Part shown: one piece after another, positions 46,940-59,100 of the stretch | Position numbering within the stretch: position 1 is the first letter of the stretch | Layout of the letters: each line of letters begins with the position of its first letter | Assembly (NCBI GenBank): GCA_964036045.1 | Contig: OZ038379.1 | Span: 22,258,001-22,322,000, forward strand | From: Eutreptiella sp. 'Long Island Sound 2002' | Taxonomy: Eukaryota > Protista > Euglenida | Length of the DNA stretch: 64,000 nt | Direction of reading: 5' to 3' | The notes under the pieces: model-generated | The model's input: the letters and a program-made list of their open reading frames with translations, nothing else | What the model was told of the DNA's origin: nothing | Databases searched by the model: none | Program-made: the position numbers and the translations under genes

Positions 46940-47440
46940 CACGGGGGACCCCGCCCACCACAGCTGCAGACACCGCTCAACACCCGCCGGATCATTCTGC
47001 CTACCGCCTGCTGGGGACCCCACACACAGCCACCCCGGGGACCCTGCCCACCACTGCCGGGAACCCGACCGACCACCTGCCAGAACCCCACCCACCATCC
47101 ACGGGGGACCCACTCACCGGGGACCCTGCCCACTACTCGCAGCACCCCGCCCACTGCTGCCGGGAACCCCGCCCACCACCCTGGGGGAGAGCTGCCCGAC
47201 CACCACCCCCCAGGGACCCCGCCCACAACCAGCCGGGGACCCACCCGCCGGGGTCCCCGCCCACCACGGGGACTGCGCCCATCAACAGTGGGGGCCATGC
47301 CATTCAACCCACGGCGACCGCGCCCAACAACCCGAGGGGACTGCGGCCACCACCCGAGGACCCTGCCCACCGGCCGCGGGGATCCGGCACATGGCCCCCG
47401 GGGACCCCGCCCACCACCCTTGGCCACCCTTGCGGACAAT
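46940..47440. repeat. GC-rich degenerate minisatellite (ggggaccc/cgcccaccac units)
   Basis: Many imperfect ggggacccc...cccaccac units. They generate Pro/Thr-rich and Gly/Trp-rich spurious ORFs on both strands. Confidence 0.75.
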
Positions 47441-49282
47441 GGGGCTGCGATGGGGGTGTAAGGAGGATGTCATGAGGGTGTAATAGGGGTGTGAAGAGGG
47501 TGCAATGAGTGTGTGAAGAGGGTGTAGTGAGGGTGTTTTGATGATGTCATGGAAGTGGAATGGGGGTGTGATGAAGGTGTAAGGAGGGTGTAATGTGGGT
47601 GTACTGGGGGCTGTAACAAGGATGTAATGGAGGTGCAGTGAGGGTGTAAATGGGGCATGGGGGGGGGGGGGGGGGGGGGCACCAGGCCCGGATCCTTTAC
47701 GCCGATCCTCCCACCCCTCTTGGAAATTCAGGGAAGTGCCGGGCTGTTGGCACCATAAGGAAAATTTGTTTGATGCGGCGGAGTGTGAAAAAATGGTTTT
47801 TCGCTCCATGTGTCTATACTCAAAATATTCGGATTTCTTAGGAGAACTCAATAATGGATGAACAACATATTGGACCAAATATCAATACCATCTCTAAGCC
47901 GTCGTTTGTCAGAGACGGCCCAAACTATAGTGGTTAAACGGTGCTCGTGTGATTGAAAGGTCTCTAGTTCAACTCCTGAGGTTGGCAAATTGTAGCGAGC
48001 CAAGCAGGGGTAGGGACACAAAGGCAACCTGTCTTTTGCCATTTTTTTTTTGATCTGCTATGCTTTGATTTTGTCATTTTGTCCGGGGGCCCCAAGAACA
48101 CAGAGATTACATTGCAATTTTGCCCACTTTTGGCCTCCCAAGAAGGCACGGGTTATGGAGCCAACTCTGATTTTGTGTTGTAGTGCACATGTTACACACA
48201 ACGACATCCTGAAGAAGGGCATGGCTCGGCTCAGGTGGGGCACAACTAGCAACGGTGGCTGGGAATTGACTCGGGTGTGCTGTGCACTTAAATAGACGTA
48301 CCAATTTCTACCCCGCCCTTTTGTTTGTTGCAAATTATTTTTATCTCAACATACGTACACAAAATCATGAGCGCGATGAGGCAGTCATTTTGTGATGTTT
48401 ATATTGGTGTTGCGGTGGATGCCAAGGTTTTTACTCCATTCTTTGCGCTGCGTGGTTGTGCGGAGAATAGTGCTACTACGGCCTCCAACATAGTCACTTC
48501 ACAGGGCATAGGGTACACGTAGAGGGCCGCCGGAGGTAGTTTTGGATTTGCTTTGCATTGTTGTACTCTTTTTGTGTGGGTTTGTGTAGGTATCGTTACC
48601 TCTTTCAACGATGCTGTACACCGGGCTTTGGAAGCACGCATTCTTAGCATAGCATTTTGAAAACAAAAAAATCGCATCCATTGATATGTTCTGATTTATT
48701 TTTCATCAAAAGTTACCTCCATTTTCTTTGTTTTTGTGTGGTACAGGAATTGGCAATTTGCACCGCTACCAACAACGCTTGTTTTGGCACGATTTCTCAT
48801 ATTTATTTCAAAATTTCGCCAAAAAACAAGCAGCACCGTTTCAAATCCATTTTTTCTGCCCCCTGCCTACAACTAGTTGCACTGCAGCACCAATCACTGC
48901 AATCTATTCAGATGCTACACTAGTGGTAAAACAACCGGTGTTTTTACTTTCATAAGGAACCAACAAAGGTTCAATGGTCCCCGAGGGACCATAGTGCATT
49001 GATTGTTGGCCGAGACATCAAAAATAGACGCACGAATGGCTACGTAGAAAGGATTTTTTCTTGAAGCGAACTTGGCAACGGTGATTGGCAATATGCGGCG
49101 AAAGAAAAAGGATCGAGAGGGTGGTCGAAGGGGCAGAGTGGGTAGGGCCCGGGCTGGCAATCAAACCATTGCGGATACCCTAAGACTCACTTTAGACCCT
49201 TAACCCAAGGGTGTGTAGATGTCAGGAGTGGGTTTTTGGGCCACTGGAAGGATGATGGGTGAAGGCATATATTGACTTGGTG

Positions 49283-49722
49283 CTAGTGTAAACCTTTTAT
49301 AAAAAGACCATGAGATTTGGAGCGGCATGGTTGACCTCTACAGAACATGGTAGATGTAGAGACTGGTTGTGTTTTGACGCAGCGGAGAGAGGAGTGAGAC
49401 ACCCACTTGGCGATTGCATCGGCCACCTGGTTTCTTGGATCTTCTTTGTGAGCTTTAGTGCCCATGGCACATGAAATGCTGCCTTCATCAGGTAATTTGC
49501 CCCAAAAACCACTGGGGAAAGGGCCAGGGCAGGACATCTCAAAATATAAAAGCACGGCGCACCTAAGCAAATGGTGAAGTGCAAACTCATGGGCGGCTGT
49601 CAAAGGATACCTGTTGACTGGTTACTGGCGGCACGGAGCATTGTGATGGACGGGAAACCAGCGGTGTCGGCTTCGAGTTGACCGATTGTTGGCAGCTAAC
49701 TAGCAACGGTGACGGTATTCTG
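49283..49722 (-). mobile_element. Retroelement RNase H remnant containing the second copy of the 239-bp repeat
   Basis: The minus frame reads GTKAHKEDPRNQVADAIAKW, matching the RNase H C-terminal pattern W-x-K-A-H...N-x-x-A-D-x-x-A-K. 49484-49722 matches 542-780. Confidence 0.55.
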
Positions 49723-52124
49723 CTTTAAATTTTGCTCCGCGTTAGGATTCTACGAATCTTTAGGATTCGCATGGTACACAAAAGAGCGATAGATCTCAAC
49801 TAGATGCACTTTTTTTGACCCCTTTTTTGTTGCATTTGCTCCTTGATTGCTCTCAAATCTCTATATTTTTCAGAGTGGTGTTGGGAATTTTCTTATTTGT
49901 TTCCTTTTTTCGTCTTGGTGGGGAGAGTTTTCAGATGTTGCCAACACTTCTTTGGGTTGGATGCCTTTGAGAGCCTTCAATTGTGTTTGGTGCCCATTTT
50001 GGAATATTCGGGTGAGGAGGTGGCCCAGGTGCTCCATGTGTTCATGCCGGTGAGTTTCGAATTCCAAGACAATTGGGTGGATAGGTCAAGTGTATGGAAG
50101 TGGGTGCAACCTTGGTATGTTATGACAATGCTGTGCAAGATGGCTGTCAACAATTGCTTGGTGCTTTTGAATCGTGTTATGCTATGGTGTGGTGTGGTGT
50201 TTTGGGTTATTTGTATTGTGTCCCACAAACCACACACGCTTATCCGGTGAAGCAATACATACATAATGCGGAGACGGGCGCCATTCTTTGCCTTTGCACG
50301 AGAGGTAGGGCTTCTTTTTTGTCACGAAAAAGTCTTAATACTTTGCGAAGAACTCCACGGTATAAAAGTTTGGCGATTTGCCTGCGTTATTGGATCTTCA
50401 AAAATAAATCAAAATGGAAGGTGCAACTGATGTAAAGACTCCACATCAACTACTTAGTGTGTGTAACCGTTGAGCCCGGTTTTTGACCTTGACCACACCT
50501 TCACTCTAAACACCCCATCCTGCGACGTGCCCCTAAAACACATTGTGCGGGATCCTTGTCACATACTCGACCATTGTGTTTGTCCTTTTTTTTACCCCGA
50601 CATATGGTTTATTCATTCATCACTTCACAATATGATTTTGATGTGTCATGCACGTTTCCAATGCCAACATTCTCGGATTTGAGTGTGCAAACTGAACTTG
50701 CCATGTATTGTATCATTCTTTTCGGAGATACACGTTTGGGTAAGATTGATACACCCATCTTTCTCAAATTTGCGGACAGCAATGTTGCCTTCGGCCGCCC
50801 AAGCAGAAGAAGTCTCGGTCACGTGGGCCCATATTACATGATTGTGGCCAAGAATCATAGACAGCTTGCAAACATATTGTTTGTAAACGAGTGTCTGTGG
50901 CTACATAAAATCTTGAACATGTTAAAACTGCCGAAGATTAGACAGTTGTAACGGTCATTGATTGTGCACAACCCCGTAGATATTTGAATGTAGAAGAACC
51001 AAGGGTTATTTCTATCACCCTACATGTTATTATCAGATAACTCTTTCAGTGCATGAAAATCCAGGGGTAACCTTCGACCTGCGGGTTTACTCCTTTTTAC
51101 AACAACCAACAACCAAATTTGAATGACAAATGGACTGGCAATGAAATGTCCCAAACTATCCCCTTTATCTGCCTTGGGGCATATTAGCATCCGGATTAGA
51201 ATATTTATTTGTGACAATCCTGGATGCCCTAATACGTGGTCCCTGATTCATCATTCTCTGAAAGCAGAGCAAGGTGCAAAAAGGGACATGAGACACGGAA
51301 CGGGTTGGCGGGGGGGGCAACAACCAGTGGGCCAAACACAGCATCCCTCCTGCGATTCTGGCATTCTTGCAAAAAGGGGCAAAAATATTTTATTCTTGCA
51401 ATTTTTTTGCGGACCTCATTTTTGCGTAAAGCGTGACGCCCCAACATTAATATTTTTTGCGTTTTTTTTTGCAGACAACAACACCCTGTGCCGGGAATTA
51501 AATATTTTCGCAAATCTTCAGGATTCGCATGGTATATCCACATCTAGATGGTTCTTCAAAACACCTCAACCCCAAACACCTTCGATATCCATAACCCGCT
51601 CCACACCAAGCAGCCCTTTGAAAACCAGAACCCTTTCCATACCTGAAAACATTTCCATAACTGTATGCCTTATGCTGTTCCATATCTGTATCCTTTCCAT
51701 ACCCATGGATCTTTCCACACCTCAGAGCTTAGCATGTTCCCATGGGCCTGTGTGTGAATGCAAAGCTGTGTGACCATTGTTGCCTGGAGCTGAGAGCACC
51801 TTCCAGAATGGAGAGGACTCAACCCCTAACCCCTGCCGGCCCCCCAAAGAAAAGAAGACTTGTATGGACCTGGACTGGGGTGCGGAAATTTGGGCATAGA
51901 AATGTGTGCAGTGCAGGCCCGGCATGTGATTTCCTGTTGTTCACCACATCTGTGGGTGACATAGTCAAATCAGTGAAATTGCCAAAACAAGGAACACGTC
52001 AACGGGCAAATAATGCAAAACACAGCCCTCAACACTACCAAACACTTACCAGTGAAAGCCCATCATGATCGCGATTGTAACAAAATTTCAGATTGAGGGC
52101 ACTATCAACATTGTAGCAGCAAAT

Positions 52125-52167
52125 GCAGTAGCAGCAGTAGTAGCAGCAGCAGCAGCAGTAGCAGTAG
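52125..52167 (+). repeat. (GCA/GTA)n trinucleotide microsatellite
   Basis: gcagtagcagcagtagtagcagcagcagcagcagtagcagtag. Confidence 0.85.
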
Positions 52168-55100
52168 AACAAGCACAACCATTGCACAGTAGCAGACATC
52201 TACACAGGGGCAGTGGCAGCACACTCTCCAGCATCTTTGCCGGTGGCACAGCCAGTGGAATGATTTGCAGCAAAAAACCTTCAACAGCTCTGACACAATC
52301 TTGAGATGGTTCCTTTGATAAAAAATGACATCAGGCAGGGCACAAGAAGCGCCTCACAATCCAGTAAGACAGCCCCAGCACAACTGTGAAAGCGTACTAT
52401 GTCCTAATTGCATGATGCAGCCTCGGAATCTTTTCCCTCTGTTCCCCCAAAATGGCTGCTGCAGGTGCAGTGCAGTGCAATGCAGTGCATAAGACCCCAG
52501 ACTTCTCCCACTGCAAAACAGATTCGTGGATGCAAGCAAGCTCTCTTCCACAATTCAGCCGCATTCCATCAGCCCAATCCATCCCTCCAATGAAATGGCT
52601 ACATGCAAACTCCTGCCCAATCTTTGTACAACTCTGCAAATGCAGTACAAACAGAAGCGATCGTGGTTGAAACAACACCAACAGCGGTAGAACAGCAACC
52701 TGATCTATTCAATGGCCATCGTGGGCCCTTCAACAGAATCACAATCCATCTCCAAACACAATGCCATCTGCCAAAATTACACAATGGAAGCCAAGGGGTT
52801 AGAGAGATCAGTCTTTCATTGGGCCAGATTGAGTTTCCTGGTTCACACAGGGCATTTCAATATCTGTTGGTCCAGAATATGTTCACCTCGAAAGCATTGC
52901 TATCTGTGCAACACCGAGAAAATGTTCCATGACTGAACAGTTGGTGGGTATACCATGCTCTCCTACGGGCCTGTTGTACGAATTTTAGAGCGTAAAGGTC
53001 AACGGAAGAATCATGCCTTCATTTGGGTGAAGGCATCCAAACCTGCCCACACAGGGGCCTAACAAACTGTACTTGGATCAGAAAGATCAAGATACAAAGA
53101 TGATTGCGAGGCTGGGGAACAAAGCCTGCGGCAGATATTAGTAAGTCTGTACACATTGCGCACATGCAATTTGTGTGTATTCAACCTGGCCATACATATT
53201 TAACGCGTTTGACCAACATTGAAATAATACTTGCTTCCACGGATGCATGAGAGGCAAAAACAATGACCAGAACACCACCGCACCGGACTGCGCCGTGATG
53301 AGCTCCCAATCGACCCGAAGCTCACTCGGTCCACAAAAGCAAAATACTCAGGTGGCCAGGCCAATCATGCGTTGGATGGGGGTCACGTTTTTCATAGAAT
53401 AAAGAAGGGACAGGTTCGTCCACGCAAAAAGCTATGCCACCCACAGCAACAGAACTACCATCGACAAGCGAGTATTCCAAGGGTCTCACATGGCAGTGAC
53501 ATCAACGTCAAGAACCTATCTGGCCTCTGCCCCTATCCACGCCCATGCTGCAGCAAGTTTCCGCGGAACGAATGGGGAAAAAGAATGGGACGCTGATGTA
53601 CCCCCCCCACCCCTATGTTGTTCCCCACCCCAGGGAAGACGGTCCCCCACCACCCCCTGGGGGACGATTGCCAAGTGACGGTCCCCCACCCCCCCCCTGG
53701 GGGACCGCACCGATTGGGCAGGGCAGGGCGGGGCGGAGAGGGAGCACGTGGCAGTGAGAGGCGCCGAACAGACGCACGGTCGTGCAAGACGGTCTTGCCA
53801 TCGCGGTCACAAGTGATGCGGCGATATGCATCACCGTGCTCCGAATGTCCAACGACCTCCGGTTCCCCCGTGGAGCAGATGAACATTACATTTGTCCCGG
53901 GGGAAACATGGTTGTGCTGTCAAGTTCCATTTCAGCGAAAGTGAGCAAAATCTCCTGCCATGAGTACAAGGGATACAAGTGGCAGTGCCCCACAACACAG
54001 TCACCCACACAACAACACAGTGAGCCGCAACGAAAAATTTTGGGTTGACCAAGTGACGGTCCCCCCCCCCCCCCCAGGGAACGACAAGGGGTGGGGAACG
54101 ACAAGGGGGGGTGAGGGTACGGTCAACAACCTGCAGATATTGTGGTGCATCAACAACAAAACCGAGAACAGCTCACGAAACAGTGATCAGACGCCGGCGT
54201 TGGCAACAGGGCATGAAATGACAGGGGAAATGCAGAAGGACAGGGACACTGACACAGGTAAGTGTGAGTAAAAGCTCAATGCGGACAGCACTCCCACTGG
54301 GACAGGCTGGGCAATGAAAGGGCTATAATAGGAAGAACCAGCAATGGCAACTGGCACCAAAGCCCTCATTTGAATAAATGCCCGTCTCTTGTTGTGCTCC
54401 TGCAGCGTAGCCCGAAGCTGCAAGCCCCATGCTGGTCGGATGCTAACCAACACAACGGTGGCTGCTTTAGCGAGGGATTTTTTTCGGGCCCATTGAAGAG
54501 GTCAGCAGGGCGGTCTGTAAAGGCGAGTTAAAACAATGGGGCGATCGCTGGACTCTGTTACACTCTGGCCGGCCGTTGCGAGTTGATCGTTCGACCGGCG
54601 TTGGTCGGTCGTTTGATCGCCAATGCCCCTCGTCAACTGCCAAACCGGATGTTCAAAAGGAAGAAGCAAGCAAAAAAAAAGAAACACTGCTCCTGCTAAG
54701 ACCGCCCAGAGGTGAGACACGGGGAATGGGTGAGCGTGGTCAAGATCGAGATGCGGGTGCTGATGACTCCCGAAAGTCGCGTGTACTAGACTGGGCTGGG
54801 GCCGAGGCGAAGTTACTTCCACTGCGGCATTTCGCCGGAGGTGCACAGATGTGTATTGCAATGATTTGAGGGTTCAGTACACTACACCATCACATTGACG
54901 AGGAGCAGCCAATGTCGTCCGCCAGGACAGAGAGTTCCGCTTTTGATGGCCACCTATCAATAAAAACTTTTGGGTGGCTTCAGGAGTCTTCTGTCGACAG
55001 AGCCCAGCAATCTGCTGCAGCTTCTGCCAGCATTTGGGGTCAGGTGGACGTGCAGCTCCGCAGCACTCGTCTGCAGCAGACTTCTGAGGAGCATATCACC

Positions 55101-56187
55101 GCGTGCTGGGGAGCAACGCGGGGCTTGGCAGGGCGGGGCCAATACCCCGCCCCCCCTCCCCCCTTACGCAAGCACGGCCGATCCCCATGCTTACACTAGG
55201 CCATGGTTGCGCATGACCCAGTGGAAACCGGTTGGGACGTCTGGGAGCCGTAGCAGCACCTCGCACCCCAATAGAAACGGGTCGCAGTCTCGAGCAGAAT
55301 GTTGTGATGAGCGACTCGTCTCAGGCATAACATAGCCCCCTCACAAACATGTCGTCTTATACTCTTGACCGCAAAAGCTGCATGTTAAACTAACTACGGT
55401 CAGACGGGGTCGCCATGCTTTGGGGGCGGGGGGTGTGGGGAGGTTGTGCGATATCGCGTCACTGGACAGCGATGTGTGACAACCGCAGAGCCTCGGTTCG
55501 GCCGCCGAACAGGCAGACTTTCGGGCGTTTTTGAGGGGGAAGGAATGCCAACCCCGAGCCCTGTGAACAACCAGCGCCGCATTGGAGGACGCTGCACACC
55601 ATTTGTGAGGAAGTTGCGAGGCAGTGCAGAGGAATCGCATCAAACGTACGAAGTGAGGTCAGATACTGTTGATACGGAGAGCACAAAAATCCCAGGCCCC
55701 AGGCGGTTGCGTGCAGTGATGCATCGGTGGGTGCCTGCACCTCTCGGCTGCACTCCTCTGCGAACACTGTGCTGTGACTGACGTGCACATGTGTGCGCAC
55801 TTTGCAATGGTCAATACCCGCAGTTACAGAGCCCTGTTGTCCCCGTGGCAGATAAAAATTTACGTGGATCCATTCCGCGGGCACGTGCACACCCCGTGGC
55901 CATTCATCCCGCCCCCAACAACCGAAGGGTCCCCTGTGGTCCACCCCAAACACGCTCTCCATGCGCCTGAAATGAGCAAGCCAGAAGCAGCCAAATGCTG
56001 ACATGAGGCATGAAGATGGGTTAACATACACCAAAACGTGCTCATCTTGCATGAACATCACTAAATACATCACCACCCGGACATTTCTATGGATTAGTGT
56101 TCAGGCATCCCTGTTGCATGCCGCTGCCCTTTGACAGCCTCACTGGCCTTTTCACCACGCGTTTGCTGAGGCACTCTGTCCGCATGT

Positions 56188-59100
56188 TCACAATCCAATG
56201 GACTCCTTGTCCTTATACAGCCCCTCCTCCAGAAAATGCGGCGTGATGGCACCGGACATGTCCCCTGCATCTGCAAACGAAAAGCTCAAGGTGGGGTGCA
56301 TCTCAGAGCTCAGAATCACGTCCTGAGCAGCCAAAACGTTCTTGAGCGCCTGATCTTTCGCATTCTTCTTGTTCTTTGACTCTGCAACCTGCGTAAATGT
56401 TGTCGAAATGATAACAAGCATCAGCAAACGCAAAATGCGACACAAGAAAGATGGGCAGAAGGTCCACCCTGGATCAGCCGCGATAGGGAGAGGAATAGTT
56501 TCAGTACAGAGTAGTACTGTGCAGCGCAGCATGTGGCCGGATAGGGCGACTTCATGGTCCCAGGCCTGCCGACGGACCGCATGGTGGGCTAGAGCGTCCC
56601 TGTTTCCTGTCTGTGTTGTTACACAGTCATTCTAAACTGTCAATCCACTTCATTTGACAGCGTTACTCTAATGCCAATGTCATTGATCTGGACCATCTTT
56701 CTCATGGCCCTGCACACTGTTGCCTGGTCCTGGGCACGAGACAACAAGCTACCTATGCAAAAGGCCAGGTGAGGGTGACGCAGAGACAAAAACCATGTTG
56801 CGAACATCCTCAAACCTTTCGTCGAGGATCACGAACAGACGGACTTCACATGTTGTTGCAGTGCAGTCAGCGGTTGATGCAAAAAGAGCCCTGACATTAC
56901 CTCGGAAGGTTTTAGGATACTGCCAGTTCAGAAACTGCATGTTGGGTCCAAGGATGGTGTGTAAATGGCCCGGAGCGGGCGGTGATATGCCTGGTGGTCC
57001 CCAAACAAGTGGTGCACATGTTACGGTTTGGAGCACATCAGAATCTACAGGCTGAGGAGGTCTCCTTTTGAAGCACCACAATCAGGGTTCTCAAGGATCT
57101 TGGACCCACCAGTGGACCTAGCAGTCTCTATACTGGCTACTACAGTGCATGTGCTCGCTCATGACATTGCAGGGTTCGACACTCCTGTGGTTCGTGCCAG
57201 TGCTGCACATTTTGGGTCGCGTGTCCTGGAGGTGCGACATCGGAGCCGGATGCTGTCGTGTTCTTGCACATGGAAAACTTCGCCGAGGCGAAGTGGAACT
57301 GTGTTGCGGAATTCATGGAAGCGGCCTGTCTCATGGCAGTGGTGGATGGCTGTTGAAATCTACGGGTAGCACTGGCCATGGTCTGATCGTTTGCCAGTTG
57401 TAGGGAAATAGCAAACAGCGCTCCGCAATTATGGATGGCCGCAGACGCCAGGGGGGGGAAATGATGTACATCTTCAGGAGACATGGTATCGCTTATGGCA
57501 AGATATCCTGCAGTTGTGTGCCAGCCAATGGAAGGGGGAGAACAGGAACGTTGACTGCCAGCAGACGTTGCATTAGCACGGCAGGAATTGGGCATGCCGC
57601 GCAACATCACCGTACCCAACCTCTCGTCCTCAACGCGCATGGCACACCCTCCAGCTGAGAATCATGAACAACAACGCCAGATTGGACCAAAGCATGATCA
57701 ATCGAAAAGCCCACTTGATATGCCCCGCGAGACTGGCCACGAGGCCTGACAGGAATGGCCCAGCAAAATACCCCAAGAGATTGTAGAGCAGCATAGAGAT
57801 CGCCGACGCCACGGGCCGGTCCTCCCGCTCCACGCATGCCAACAGAATGCCGGTGGCCGCAGGGACAACTCCTGCCCCAAAAAACAGCAGCAGCCAGATC
57901 AGCACCAGAACCCCAAGGAAGTCATACACAAAGATGCTGCTCATGGCGCAGACCACCGCACAGGCCCCAAAAACAGTGGCGGCCTTGGCGGCCTTGTGCA
58001 TGCAGCCTTGGTAGCCCCCCACGCGGTCCACAACGTGGCCTCCGAATAATACTCCCAAAATGGGAGCGGTTGCAGAGGACGCAGAGAAGCCGATGACGAT
58101 GAGGTTCATGTCGGCCTGTGGCGCGCAGCAGGACATAGAATGCAAGGCAACTTTCCTCACCCTTCACTGGTGCTATGTACCTTCCTTTGCTGGCTCTTGC
58201 ACCAGCGTTTGGGCTGTGGTTCGCACACTCCTGCTTCCGTGCCTTTTCCACCATTTTGCCACTGTATCTTTGCTTCTCGTCCCTCTGCTTGGGCTGGGCA
58301 TTTTTCAGGGCATGGGGGTCCCAACCCCAACATACACCCCAAAATGTTCCCCACGTCACGCTGATCATTTCAATGTGTGCTTCGCATTTTGTGAAATTCT
58401 TGACAGAAATATTCTGGTGCCGATCATTTGGAGGTACGTATGTTGTCAAAATCTACCGACCAGTGTTTTACAGCCAAGAGATTGAGCTGCTGCGAGGTCA
58501 CAAGGTTCTGGCAGAACGCTCCTCACTTTCCGCAGCAGCAAGCAAATCTGGGTCAAACATTGGAAAACTTATGCTGCGTATTTCTGCTTTGGCCAAGGTT
58601 GTGGTGGAAGATACCCAAATGTATTGCAGTGATATTCCGAGGGCCTTGGTAGCGGACTCAACAGTAGGGCCTGTCAACAACGGATGGAACACTTTTGAAA
58701 AAAAAGGAGTTTTCACGGGAGGGGGGAGGGGCATGGTTTCCATTCGCGACCCCCCCCCCCCCACCCATCCTTGGACCCACTTTAGTGCGGGCTGGCCGAC
58801 GGAGCCAAGGGTCTGAGATCGCGGCTGAAGGTTCCAGAAAAAAGCCATGGTTTCGGGGATTTCCAGGCGCAAAATCTTGGCCACACAACTGAGGCCCATG
58901 CTGTGCGGTCCCGTTGCTGCTCAGCCTTGGCGAAACACACTCTGTTGTTCAGCAATGATATTCTCAGGACTTGGGCCAAAAATCTTACGCCTGTCGATGG
59001 CGCCTTCCACTGCATTCAGCAGATCTTGAAAACTGGTCACTGCCAAGAACCCTCTGACACCACAAGCTCTGGCCCAATGATTTAGCCCCCCCCCTGCAGG

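Noticed and set aside
46774-47483. Overlapping ~200-220 aa ORFs on both strands
   Set aside because: They are products of a GC-rich minisatellite that lacks stop codons.
49800-51300. P-element/THAP9-like transposase remnant
   Set aside because: Only vague similarity (for example DFHALKELSDNN) amid many stops, too weak to name a family.
55459-56076. 205-aa minus-strand ORF after the MFS stop
   Set aside because: It has a non-ATG start and no domain, and is probably 3' UTR or flank.
56749-57081. WGPPG...ILDE as Walker A/B NTPase motifs
   Set aside because: The essential GK[ST] is missing, and the ORF is short and intronic.
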